Virus record (IMG/VR): IMGVR_UViG_3300027749_000034
Reading direction: 5' to 3' (one strand)
DNA: 64,000 nucleotides
From: a virus
Lineage: Duplodnaviria > Caudoviricetes
Positions 54,963 to 63,514 of this stretch are shown here, one piece after another (position 1 is the first letter of the stretch; every line of letters begins with the position of its first letter). The translations under genes were made by a program, and so were the position numbers. The notes under the pieces were generated by a model. That model was not told where the DNA came from. It did not search any database and saw only the letters and a program-made list of their open reading frames with translations.

Positions 54963-55778
54963 ATGAAAAAAATTATTATATCAGCATTGTTTCTTTGCTC
55001 CACATTGAGTCACGCTTGGGAACAAAGACCACCACTACCACCACAGGCATGTGCAGTACATGCACCCTATGGATTCCCACAAACAGCAGGTGTACAACCC
55101 ATTTGCCGCCAGGCTTACCTGGTAGGTTATGATGCCGCTGCCAAACTACCAAAATATGTCACATATGAACTGTTGCCGCAGAATGCACTAGGTTGCGTTG
55201 CCCGCACAAATGCATTTGTGCAAGATCAAAGCATACAAAATGGACCACGCCCAGATGACTATGCGGCCACCGGTTACGACAAAGGACACATGAGTCCTGA
55301 CGGTGATTTGTCGTGGGATGTGCAAGTTGAGTTTGAGTCATTCCTAATGACCAACATGAGTCCACAAGCAGGAAGTTTAAATCGCGGAATTTGGAAACTA
55401 TTAGAAACTAGTGTGCGTGGATGGGCAGTTCAACTTAATCAACCCTTTACAATTTATGTTGGCGGCGTTTACAATGCTCAAGACAAGAAGATTGGTAATG
55501 GTGTAGTTGTTCCGCACGGCTTCTACAAAATTGTCATCAACAATGCCACAAAACAAACAGCAGGATGGGCATTTCCCCATGTTGCACCTTACCCAAATTT
55601 AGGAAATGATTTGACTAAATATCGTATGCCTGTAGCACAGATAATGCAAACGGCAGGGGTAAATTTTGCTTTCCCACCAGGGGCAGTCGAACTTGCACCC
55701 GGACAGGAATGGCCAGTTGATTTTGGTATGTTAACCAATGCGAAACGGGCAAAATGTGGTGCTAGCGCATCACCTTAA
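54963..55778 (+). CDS. secreted DNA/RNA non-specific endonuclease
   Basis: Signal peptide; YDKGH, NMSPQ, LNRGIWKLLE. Confidence 0.9.
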   Translation: MKKIIISALFLCSTLSHAWEQRPPLPPQACAVHAPYGFPQTAGVQPICRQAYLVGYDAAAKLPKYVTYELLPQNALGCVARTNAFVQDQSIQNGPRPDDYAATGYDKGHMSPDGDLSWDVQVEFESFLMTNMSPQAGSLNRGIWKLLETSVRGWAVQLNQPFTIYVGGVYNAQDKKIGNGVVVPHGFYKIVINNATKQTAGWAFPHVAPYPNLGNDLTKYRMPVAQIMQTAGVNFAFPPGAVELAPGQEWPVDFGMLTNAKRAKCGASASP

Positions 55779-55794
55779 CTTAAGGATTAATAAA

Positions 55795-56034
55795 ATGTCA
55801 AATTGGACCAAAAACGGTGAACCAACAACTTACGAAGCATTGCTTTCTGTATTCTTAGTATACGAAGAAAACATGCCCGAAGATGATAGAGAAAAATGCA
55901 GAGCCGCCAAAGATGCTGTGATGGCAGTTGAAGGCGATGGCAAGGCAATTATGCCACAAGATGACCCGGCCAAACAAGTTTGGCAAATGTACTTTGGCAG
56001 TTGGATGGACGCCAATGGCGTTAAATTTGAATAA
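55795..56034 (+). CDS. hypothetical protein
   Basis: AAGGA SD, ATG 55795. Confidence 0.7.
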   Translation: MSNWTKNGEPTTYEALLSVFLVYEENMPEDDREKCRAAKDAVMAVEGDGKAIMPQDDPAKQVWQMYFGSWMDANGVKFE

Positions 56035-56048
56035 GATTTAATTTAATA

Positions 56049-56078
56049 AAAAGAAATGGGCTTCGGCCCATTTCTTTT
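56049..56078. terminator. bidirectional intrinsic terminator
   Basis: AAAAGAAATGGGC-TTCG-GCCCATTTCTTTT. Confidence 0.9.
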
Positions 56079-56095
56079 GACCTATAAGTAGTTGC

Positions 56096-56821
56096 ATGGA
56101 TGCATACATTTTACTACATGGCAAACACAGCGGCAATAGAGAAAATCATACACTTTTTCAGCTGAGCAATGAGTTATTAGAACATGGGCTGGTTGATTAT
56201 CAGGCCTACGCCTGGAGTGAATTGGATAACAAATGCTATCATAATAGATTTGAAACTTGTAAAGATCAAATTGATTCGGCCATTGTTGATTTAAAATCTC
56301 AAGGTGCTACCAGAATATTTTTAATTGGGCACAGCATGGGAGCCAATGCGGCTCTGTATTATATTTCTCAACAGGTCAATTCAGTTGACGGTGTTGTGCT
56401 ATTATCGCCTGCACACAATGTGCATTTGCCCATGTTTGCCAAAATACACAGTTGGAGTGTAGCACATGCCAAAAACATGATTGACGCCGAGTCGGGCGAT
56501 GTTGAATCACATTTTGCAGACTACGACAGCAACGGATCCATTGTGGTATTAAAATGCACAGCGGCAAATTATTATTCGATGCTGAATCCTGAAGGTCCTG
56601 CCAACATGCGAACCAGTGTGGAAAATCTAAATTGGCCTGCCAATGTGTTGGTCATCAGTGGCGAAAGAGATATCACACAAAAACTTTTCTTTGAATCAAT
56701 TTATTTGAATTTAAAAATCAAATCAAACAAAAACAAATATGTGCTGATTCCCGACGGCACACATGTTGGTGTGGCCAGAACCAAACTCACAAAAATTCTA
56801 AATTGGATCGACACTTTGTAA
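56096..56821 (+). CDS. alpha/beta hydrolase
   Basis: GHSMG nucleophile elbow, distal GERD and THV; TAAGTA-N5-ATG. Confidence 0.8.
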   Translation: MDAYILLHGKHSGNRENHTLFQLSNELLEHGLVDYQAYAWSELDNKCYHNRFETCKDQIDSAIVDLKSQGATRIFLIGHSMGANAALYYISQQVNSVDGVVLLSPAHNVHLPMFAKIHSWSVAHAKNMIDAESGDVESHFADYDSNGSIVVLKCTAANYYSMLNPEGPANMRTSVENLNWPANVLVISGERDITQKLFFESIYLNLKIKSNKNKYVLIPDGTHVGVARTKLTKILNWIDTL

Positions 56822-56923
56822 TCCTTTAAATTGGGTTATTTCTCTATCAAAAGTCATTTAAAGTACCACTTAACTGGTAGTTTAGAAGTATAAAAATCAG
56901 AATCGCCGCATACGGTATCGCTA

Positions 56924-56950
56924 GACAGGGCACATTGGTTGCCCTGTTTT
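56924..56950 (+). terminator. intrinsic terminator
   Basis: GACAGGGCA...TGCCCTGTT-TT. Confidence 0.7.
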
Positions 56951-56951
56951 C

Positions 56952-56980
56952 TTGACTTGTTATAAGTATTTTGCTACAAT
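56952..56980 (+). promoter_or_regulatory. sigma70 promoter (leaderless)
   Basis: TTGACT-N17-TACAAT with TGn, ATG six nt downstream. Confidence 0.75.
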
Positions 56981-56986
56981 AACATA

Positions 56987-57502
56987 ATGAAAGTAATTAA
57001 TGTCATTGCAGGCCCAGGTGCAGGTAAAAGCACTCTAGCGTCAGGACTTTATCATGAAGCCAAACGCCGAGGGTGGAATGTAGAATTGGTCACGGAAGTG
57101 GCCAAAGACCTAGTCTGGGAAGGCCGCACAGTTGCGCTTAGTAATCAAGCGTATGTGTTTGGTAGGCAGATTCAACGCCTACATAGACTTAATGGACATG
57201 TCGATTATGTAATAACCGACAGTCCAGTGTTATTGAGTGCTATCTATGCTCCGGAGGATTACCCTGTAGAGTGGGAGCAGGTAGTAGTAGAACTCTGGAA
57301 GCGTTACAACAATGTTGTAGCATTTCTAGGGCGCGGCCCGTGGTTCGATGATCATGGCCGTGTGCATAATCTCAATGCAAGCATTGAGATCGATCGGCGG
57401 ATTGCGGTGCTCTTGGCCAAGCATGATATAACCTACACCCAGGTTGATCATGGATACCAGAGCCCAGGTGAAGTCTTAGACACTTTGTTGTCAAAGGCCT
57501 GA
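56987..57502 (+). CDS. P-loop NTPase, AAA_28/NadR-like kinase
   Basis: GPGAGKST, ELVTEVAK, ITDSP. Confidence 0.8.
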   Translation: MKVINVIAGPGAGKSTLASGLYHEAKRRGWNVELVTEVAKDLVWEGRTVALSNQAYVFGRQIQRLHRLNGHVDYVITDSPVLLSAIYAPEDYPVEWEQVVVELWKRYNNVVAFLGRGPWFDDHGRVHNLNASIEIDRRIAVLLAKHDITYTQVDHGYQSPGEVLDTLLSKA

Positions 57503-57534
57503 CTGGAGGTAATCCAAATGAAAGGAGGTGTAAA

Positions 57535-58221
57535 ATGCACATGAACCATAAATTTTTATTGGGCATGTCTAAGCAAAGAGTAGAATCTTTGCTAGTTAAA
57601 GTGACGCTGTCACTTTTAACTGTATTTGTAATTTTTGCGACAGCAATAGCACAGCCATCGCAAGCGCAGAGTCGTGCATACACAAACAGTATGACGTCAG
57701 TTACTGACTGGGTATCTGGTCAGCTTCACAGTTATGAAAATGAAACCTGGGAACACCGGGTTCGCAGACTAATGAACTCACAACTTGAAGAGATAGGTGG
57801 TATTCGCAAAGCAGTCAGTGACAAGCAAGTTCGTTGCCTTGCGGAAAATATCTATTATGAAAGCAGAGGTGAGTCATTGGAAGGACAGATTGCAGTTGCC
57901 AAGGTAACGCTCACCCGTCTAGAAGAAGGCTATGCTCGCACAGTATGTGGAGTAGTCAAACAGCGCAATCCCAACGGCTGTCAATTTGAGTGGGTATGCG
58001 CTGGCGCTGGAAATCCAGTGGGCTTTCATTGGAACCAAGCAGTTGGACTAGCAGTTGTTTTGATCAATGAACCCAGCGCCATTGAGGATCCGACTAACGG
58101 TGCTACCCACTTCCATGCTACATATATAAACTGGCAACCAGGTTGGCAACGAGTCAAAGATTCGGTTCAACGCATTGGCAACCATGTTTTTTATAGAACT
58201 AAACCAAAAGAGGAAAAATGA
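57535..58221 (+). CDS. cell wall hydrolase, SleB/Hydrolase_2 family, N-terminal TM
   Basis: CLAENIYYESRGE, CQFEW, GATHFHA, IGNHVFY. Confidence 0.9.
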   Translation: MHMNHKFLLGMSKQRVESLLVKVTLSLLTVFVIFATAIAQPSQAQSRAYTNSMTSVTDWVSGQLHSYENETWEHRVRRLMNSQLEEIGGIRKAVSDKQVRCLAENIYYESRGESLEGQIAVAKVTLTRLEEGYARTVCGVVKQRNPNGCQFEWVCAGAGNPVGFHWNQAVGLAVVLINEPSAIEDPTNGATHFHATYINWQPGWQRVKDSVQRIGNHVFYRTKPKEEK

Positions 58222-58562
58222 GAAAATTATACTCGGCTAGATTATTAGAAGTACGGGGAACTGATACCCTAGAAGTAGAACTAGATCTAGGTTTCAATGT
58301 GTACACACGTCAAAAGATTAGACTGTTTGGCGTATCGTCATGCGGTAAAGATGGCGATGTACGCATTGTGCTCACAGAGCTTTGCAAGGATGGACTAATA
58401 GTAGAACCCATCATTACCAAACGAGCCAAATTAGGCCGTGTGCTTGGTTGGGCCTACATTGCAAATGAAACCGGTGAACCTACATTAAATATCAACGAGG
58501 CACTAGTGGAACAAAACTTGGCTACAAGTTTCCAAGCCCCGGAAGAAGAGGAAGATGATTAA
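58218..58562 (+). CDS. degenerate thermonuclease (SNase)-fold protein
   Basis: GTDTLEVELDLGF...IRLFGV, KLGRVLG, INEALV. Confidence 0.6.
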   Translation: MRKLYSARLLEVRGTDTLEVELDLGFNVYTRQKIRLFGVSSCGKDGDVRIVLTELCKDGLIVEPIITKRAKLGRVLGWAYIANETGEPTLNINEALVEQNLATSFQAPEEEEDD

Positions 58563-59314
58563 TGTACGAACCAGGACTAACTGCTAGAAAAATAGCAGAG
58601 TTTGATACAGCCATATTTGACAAGTACCGTGAATGGGAACGGGCATTTGACTGGGAGCCAGCGGTTGACCCAAAAAGATATCTGCGGGCCGACGGCACTC
58701 ATCTAATATATTTGCCCATCAATGATCTTCGTAATAAAATATCTGGATCTAATAACTTTGGACTTTTGACTAGAAACTATCAACCTAGTGTTCAAATACT
58801 TTGGAATAAGATTCTAAAGCCCATATGCGAGTATCTGGCAAGCCTTACTGGTATTGCAGATCCTGTAATTGTGCAAGCAGACCTTGCACGAATGCGACCT
58901 GTAACAGGTGACACAGTACTGCACACTGACACCAGATACAATCAACGATACGCAAGAAGATATAATGTTGCAATCAGTACCAATGACGATTGTTGGCTGT
59001 ACTACCAATCATATGATTTAACAACTGGTGGCACACGAAATCACATCAGCGAAGGTGAAGTTTGGGAACTGAATAACAAAATAATTCATACTGCTGTAAA
59101 CTATGGCAACACCTGGAGAACACATTTGATCATTGATATTATGCCGCAAAACTATTACGACCGTATGCTAGAGCTTTACAATCCCTATGCAACTGTTCCA
59201 AACCCACAAAATAAAAATACAACCTATGATTATGACATCAATGGTAATTTAGTACACGAGCCTTTATTTGAAGACTTGCCACATTGCTTTTTAGCAAGGA
59301 CACACTCACTATGA
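58562..59314 (+). CDS. Asp/Asn beta-hydroxylase-like oxygenase
   Basis: LHTD...GEVWELNN...HTAVNYG..R.HL. Confidence 0.75.
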   Translation: MYEPGLTARKIAEFDTAIFDKYREWERAFDWEPAVDPKRYLRADGTHLIYLPINDLRNKISGSNNFGLLTRNYQPSVQILWNKILKPICEYLASLTGIADPVIVQADLARMRPVTGDTVLHTDTRYNQRYARRYNVAISTNDDCWLYYQSYDLTTGGTRNHISEGEVWELNNKIIHTAVNYGNTWRTHLIIDIMPQNYYDRMLELYNPYATVPNPQNKNTTYDYDINGNLVHEPLFEDLPHCFLARTHSL

Positions 59315-60639
59315 ACAAGACAATCACATTTGCAGACAAACTAACTGCATGGTTTGCACTATTAAGCGGATTAAGTATTTCCGCAGTTGCAGTATGGTAT
59401 TCAGTTGCAGGACTGGTTGCAATCTTTGCGGCCAGTGTTATTCCTATTATTGTTATGGGTGTAGTACTTGAACTAGGCAAGCTGGTGGCAACAGTTTGGT
59501 TAAAACAGAATTGGAGTATTGCCCCCAAGTTGATTCGACTGTATCTGTTTATTGCAGTGATCATCCTCATGATGATCACCAGCATGGGCATCTTTGGATA
59601 CCTCAGCAAAGCACACTTGGACCAAGCAGTACCAACAGGCAATGTTGTTGCACAGGTTGCAATTTTTGATGAGAAAATTAAAACTGCAAAAGAAAACATT
59701 GAATCTGGCCGCAGGGCACTCAAGCAAATGGATGCTACCATTGACGAAACAATTGCCCGTAGCAAAGGCGAACAAGGTGCAATGAATGCAAATGCCATGC
59801 GTACTCGTCAGGCCAAAGAAAGAACACAGATCCAAGCAGACATTGCCAGGTCACAGGTTGAAATTGCCAAGCTCAATGAACAACGGGCTCCTATTGCGGC
59901 AGAGTTGCGTAAGGTTGAAGCTGAAGTAGGACCTATCAAATACATTGCCGCTTTGTTGTACAATGACGACCCAGACACAAATACATTAGAAAAGGCAGTT
60001 CGCTTTGTTATTATTTTAATAGTTGTAATCTTTGATCCTTTGGCAGTCGTGCTATTGTTGGCAAGTCAGTATAGTTTTGCTTGGTTCCGCAAACAAGACG
60101 AAGAACAGCCTGCAGTCGTTGCAGTACCTGCGGCGGAATCTGTTGAGGCAAAAAAGAAGGAACCAACCATAACAATGGTAGACTCAGATGAGACAGCAAA
60201 CCTACCACAAGAGGTTGCCAACCCATATCCTGCCAACGAACAAGACATTGCTGAATTTGCAACAGCCATAGAGCAAGCCAAGGAAAAAGTTTGGGCTCAG
60301 CCTATAGAAGTTGTACAAGCACCAGTGGTAGAAACAACTGACAGCTGGCCACCGTTTGAAGGCATTAAAAATCCTGACAGTGGCAGTTGGGAACAAACAG
60401 GACCAGCGTTTGAAGAAACCAAAACAGCTACGGCTGTGGCAGAAGTCAAGGTGCCACCAATGGAAGCACCTCCAGGCACTCCTGGTGAAGTATGGGATAC
60501 TCCTATTAAAGAAGGTTCCGAGCAACAGTCGGAAGATAACTTGGATAAAATATATAAGGCCAGTACTGAAAAGCTGGCCAAAGAGCATCGCACCAAGGGT
60601 TGGTTTCAAGCAACATTCCCCAAGCGCGATGACAAATAA
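59311..60639 (+). CDS. multi-TM coiled-coil protein with acidic tail
   Basis: Three N-terminal TM, coiled coil, further TM (VGPIKY...FDPLAV). Confidence 0.75.
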   Translation: MNKTITFADKLTAWFALLSGLSISAVAVWYSVAGLVAIFAASVIPIIVMGVVLELGKLVATVWLKQNWSIAPKLIRLYLFIAVIILMMITSMGIFGYLSKAHLDQAVPTGNVVAQVAIFDEKIKTAKENIESGRRALKQMDATIDETIARSKGEQGAMNANAMRTRQAKERTQIQADIARSQVEIAKLNEQRAPIAAELRKVEAEVGPIKYIAALLYNDDPDTNTLEKAVRFVIILIVVIFDPLAVVLLLASQYSFAWFRKQDEEQPAVVAVPAAESVEAKKKEPTITMVDSDETANLPQEVANPYPANEQDIAEFATAIEQAKEKVWAQPIEVVQAPVVETTDSWPPFEGIKNPDSGSWEQTGPAFEETKTATAVAEVKVPPMEAPPGTPGEVWDTPIKEGSEQQSEDNLDKIYKASTEKLAKEHRTKGWFQATFPKRDDK

Positions 60640-60651
60640 CAAAGGTTTATC

Positions 60652-61077
60652 TTGAACGATTCAAATGTGTATGTGGTCAGTCCTCCAACATTGTACATGC
60701 CCGGTGGTGGACTTGCCTTTTGTCTTATTGGCAATGATAAGACATGGCAAGACTCTATTATAGAGTTATTAGAAAAAGGAATTCAAGATAATCAATTGAC
60801 TTTTTATGTCAATGATTCGACCAATGTAGATCCTAAGACTTGGGTTTGGTATTGGCACATTGCAACTAACTGTAGCATGATCATATGCGAACTGGCACAT
60901 GCCAGCGAACAAGAAGTCAGGATGGCATTGGCCATGTGTAAAGAAAACATGCCAGTTATATTTTATGTCAAGCCAGGCAATGATGAATTTATTGCACTAC
61001 TCAATGCCATTGATATTCCCTGGGTTGAAGACCATGATGAACTAATAAAAATCATGGAGTCAGCTTTTGGCGGATAA
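60652..61077 (+). CDS. hypothetical protein
   Basis: ORF, TTG start. Confidence 0.65.
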   Translation: MNDSNVYVVSPPTLYMPGGGLAFCLIGNDKTWQDSIIELLEKGIQDNQLTFYVNDSTNVDPKTWVWYWHIATNCSMIICELAHASEQEVRMALAMCKENMPVIFYVKPGNDEFIALLNAIDIPWVEDHDELIKIMESAFGG

Positions 61078-62296
61078 ATCACCAACATTAAACTGTAGTT
61101 TCTGTAACAAACACAGAGATGCTGTAAAAGCATTGATTGCAGGAGATAAGGCATACATTTGCAATGAATGTATTCACCTGTGCCTAGAAGCAATGAATGA
61201 AGAAGTCAATGAAGAAAAATCTGAATTTGACGATGCTACTACTCCCAGAGACATCAAAGAGTACTTGGATAGATATGTGATTGGACAACATGAAGCCAAG
61301 CGCCAACTCAGTGTGGCAGTACGCAATCATTACAAACGACTCGGCCAAGTTGATACTGATCTTATTAAGAAAAGCAATGTATTGCTAATAGGTCCCACTG
61401 GCAGTGGCAAAACTTTGTTGGCCAAGAAACTGGCAGAACGGATCAATGTACCATTTGCAATTGCAGATGCCACTACACTAACTGAAAGTGGATATGTTGG
61501 CGATGATGTTGAAAATGTCATCCATCGACTTTTGCAAAATGCAGGTGGCGACATTAAACGAGCTGAACAAGGCATTATCTACATTGACGAAATAGACAAG
61601 AAAGGTCGCAAGAGTGAAAGCGCAAGCATCACCCGCGATGTATCAGGTGAAGGCGTACAACAAGCCTTGCTCAAGTTAATTGAAGGAACTGAATGTCGTG
61701 TACCAGTAGGCGGTGGCCGTAAGCATCCTGGACATGATGCAAATGTAATCAACACAAAAAATATTCTGTTCATCCTAGGTGGATCCTTTGTTGGTCTAGA
61801 CGAGCAAGTGAAGAAAAGAATAACTGGTGGTACACGGATTGGCTTTGGTGCCAGCATAGACAAAGCAGAAGCTGATACTGGTCACTGGTTGCATTCGGTG
61901 GAGCCCGAAGACTTTGTCAAGTTTGGAATGATTCCAGAATTTATGGGCAGAGTACCAATCGTTGCCAGCTTGGATCCATTGGGCATCGACGAGTTGGTAA
62001 AAATTATGTCCGAACCCGAGGACAGTATTGAACGAGAATACAAGTCCATTTTTATGATGGATCAAGTGGAATTGGAATTTACTCCAGAATCCAAAAGTGC
62101 CATTGCTAATTTATGTGTTACTAAGAAAACTGGTGCCCGTGGATTACGCAGTATAATCGAGCAAATTTTGCTGGATATACAGTTTAATCTACCTGAATTG
62201 GCTCTAGAAGGATTAAGTAAAGTTATAATTACTGAACAAAGTGTGGTAGACCACACGCCTGTTACTGTATACAAAAATTTAGAAATAGTGGCATAA
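61067..62296 (+). CDS. clpX: ClpX ATPase
   Basis: CSFC..CNEC zinc finger, [32 protein letters not shown] loop. Confidence 0.96.
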   Translation: MADKSPTLNCSFCNKHRDAVKALIAGDKAYICNECIHLCLEAMNEEVNEEKSEFDDATTPRDIKEYLDRYVIGQHEAKRQLSVAVRNHYKRLGQVDTDLIKKSNVLLIGPTGSGKTLLAKKLAERINVPFAIADATTLTESGYVGDDVENVIHRLLQNAGGDIKRAEQGIIYIDEIDKKGRKSESASITRDVSGEGVQQALLKLIEGTECRVPVGGGRKHPGHDANVINTKNILFILGGSFVGLDEQVKKRITGGTRIGFGASIDKAEADTGHWLHSVEPEDFVKFGMIPEFMGRVPIVASLDPLGIDELVKIMSEPEDSIEREYKSIFMMDQVELEFTPESKSAIANLCVTKKTGARGLRSIIEQILLDIQFNLPELALEGLSKVIITEQSVVDHTPVTVYKNLEIVA

Positions 62297-62305
62297 AAGG
62301 ACACA

Positions 62306-62584
62306 ATGAGTAGAGACACACCAAAAAGAGAATCGCAATTTAATGGATCAATAGTTTACATCAACGACGGCAATGTTGAAAAAGCTCTTCGTAAATTTAA
62401 AAAGAAAATCCAAGACAGCGGCAAGCTGGAAGAAGTAAAAGCCCGCATGGAATATGTCAAGCCAAACATTGTCAAAACACAGACAAAAAATAAAGCTCGA
62501 CGCAGACACCTAAAACAAGTTGAAGCAGATGAATTAGCAGGACGCAGGCCAGCCAAAGACGGTGGCAGAAAACGGCTATATTAA
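62306..62584 (+). CDS. rpsU: ribosomal protein bS21
   Basis: NVEKALRKFKKK..SG.L.E...R..Y.KP; C-terminal RKRLY. Confidence 0.8.
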   Translation: MSRDTPKRESQFNGSIVYINDGNVEKALRKFKKKIQDSGKLEEVKARMEYVKPNIVKTQTKNKARRRHLKQVEADELAGRRPAKDGGRKRLY

Positions 62585-62586
62585 AT

Positions 62587-62615
62587 TTGACTTTGGTTTA
62601 GAAGATAAGTATAAT
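62587..62615 (+). promoter_or_regulatory. sigma70 promoter (overlapping TAAGTA late box)
   Basis: TTGACT-N17-TATAAT. Confidence 0.75.
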
Positions 62616-62622
62616 TGTGTTA

Positions 62623-62704
62623 TGCCAGTGCCAAGAGGGCTGGCAACGCACAGTGAGGCTCATGAAGAGCTCACAATGTTTAGACTCGCTATAAGGAGAC
62701 TATT
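62623..62704 (+). promoter_or_regulatory. ROSE-like RNA thermometer 5' UTR
   Basis: Three hairpins; last has TCGCT pairing with the AAGGAG SD with a bulged G. Confidence 0.6.
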
Positions 62705-63133
62705 ATGACTAATCTAACACTTCATCACCCTTACCAACGCTTCGGCTTAGGTTTCGATCGTATGTTCAACGAACTGGATCGTTTGCTACAAGCCAGCAAT
62801 GGTAACAATACAGGGTATCCCCCTTTCAATATTGAAAAACTACAAGACCATGCATATCGTATTACGATGGCAGTTGCTGGCTTTGCAGAAAAAGATATTG
62901 AAGTAACCCTGCAAGAAAATACCCTGACTGTAAACGGCAACAAGCAAGAAGATGATACCAAAGAGTATCTGCATCGTGGCATTGCCAATCGCAGTTTTAA
63001 GCGTGAGTTCGTTATTGGTGACCGAGTTGAAATCAATACTGCAAGCCTCAAAGACGGCATGTTGGTAATTGATCTAACCGAGGTAGTACCAGAAGAAATC
63101 AAGCCTAAGAAAATTCCTTTAATTACGGAATAA
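62705..63133 (+). CDS. small heat-shock protein Hsp20 (IbpA-like)
   Basis: YPPFNIE, AVAGF, YLHRGIANRSF, DGML.I.L. Confidence 0.95.
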   Translation: MTNLTLHHPYQRFGLGFDRMFNELDRLLQASNGNNTGYPPFNIEKLQDHAYRITMAVAGFAEKDIEVTLQENTLTVNGNKQEDDTKEYLHRGIANRSFKREFVIGDRVEINTASLKDGMLVIDLTEVVPEEIKPKKIPLITE

Positions 63134-63202
63134 TAAAAATGTGTGGGCAAGTGCAAAAGCTTGCTCACACTAAATATAGTGACTTAAACGGAACATAAAA
63201 AA

Positions 63203-63514
63203 ATGTCAGATACTGCTACCGAAACTATTAACAAGACAGATAACATCATTGGTGTCAAAGAACCAGAAAAATTTCGCGTGGTTATTTTAAACGACAACAG
63301 CACACCAATGGAATTTGTTATAGAACTACTCAAAGTTATATTTCATCATTCACAAGAAGGTGCAGTTGCAATCATGTTGCAGGTGCATCAGCTGGGCAAG
63401 GGCACAGCCGGAATTTATTCGTTTGAAGTAGCTGAACAAAAGGCCATGGAATCTACGCAAATAGCCCGTACCAATGGTCACCCGCTTGGGGTCAGTGTTG
63501 AACTTGCAGGATGA
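63203..63514 (+). CDS. clpS: Clp adaptor ClpS
   Basis: VVILNDNSTPMEFV, MLQVHQLGKG, E.AEQK. Confidence 0.9.
   Translation: MSDTATETINKTDNIIGVKEPEKFRVVILNDNSTPMEFVIELLKVIFHHSQEGAVAIMLQVHQLGKGTAGIYSFEVAEQKAMESTQIARTNGHPLGVSVELAG

Noticed and set aside
56897-56950. Possible riboswitch/sRNA (GCCG-CATA-CGGT hairpin plus terminator)
   Set aside because: No match by eye to SAM, preQ1 or other aptamer consensus, and no clear promoter; kept only as a terminator
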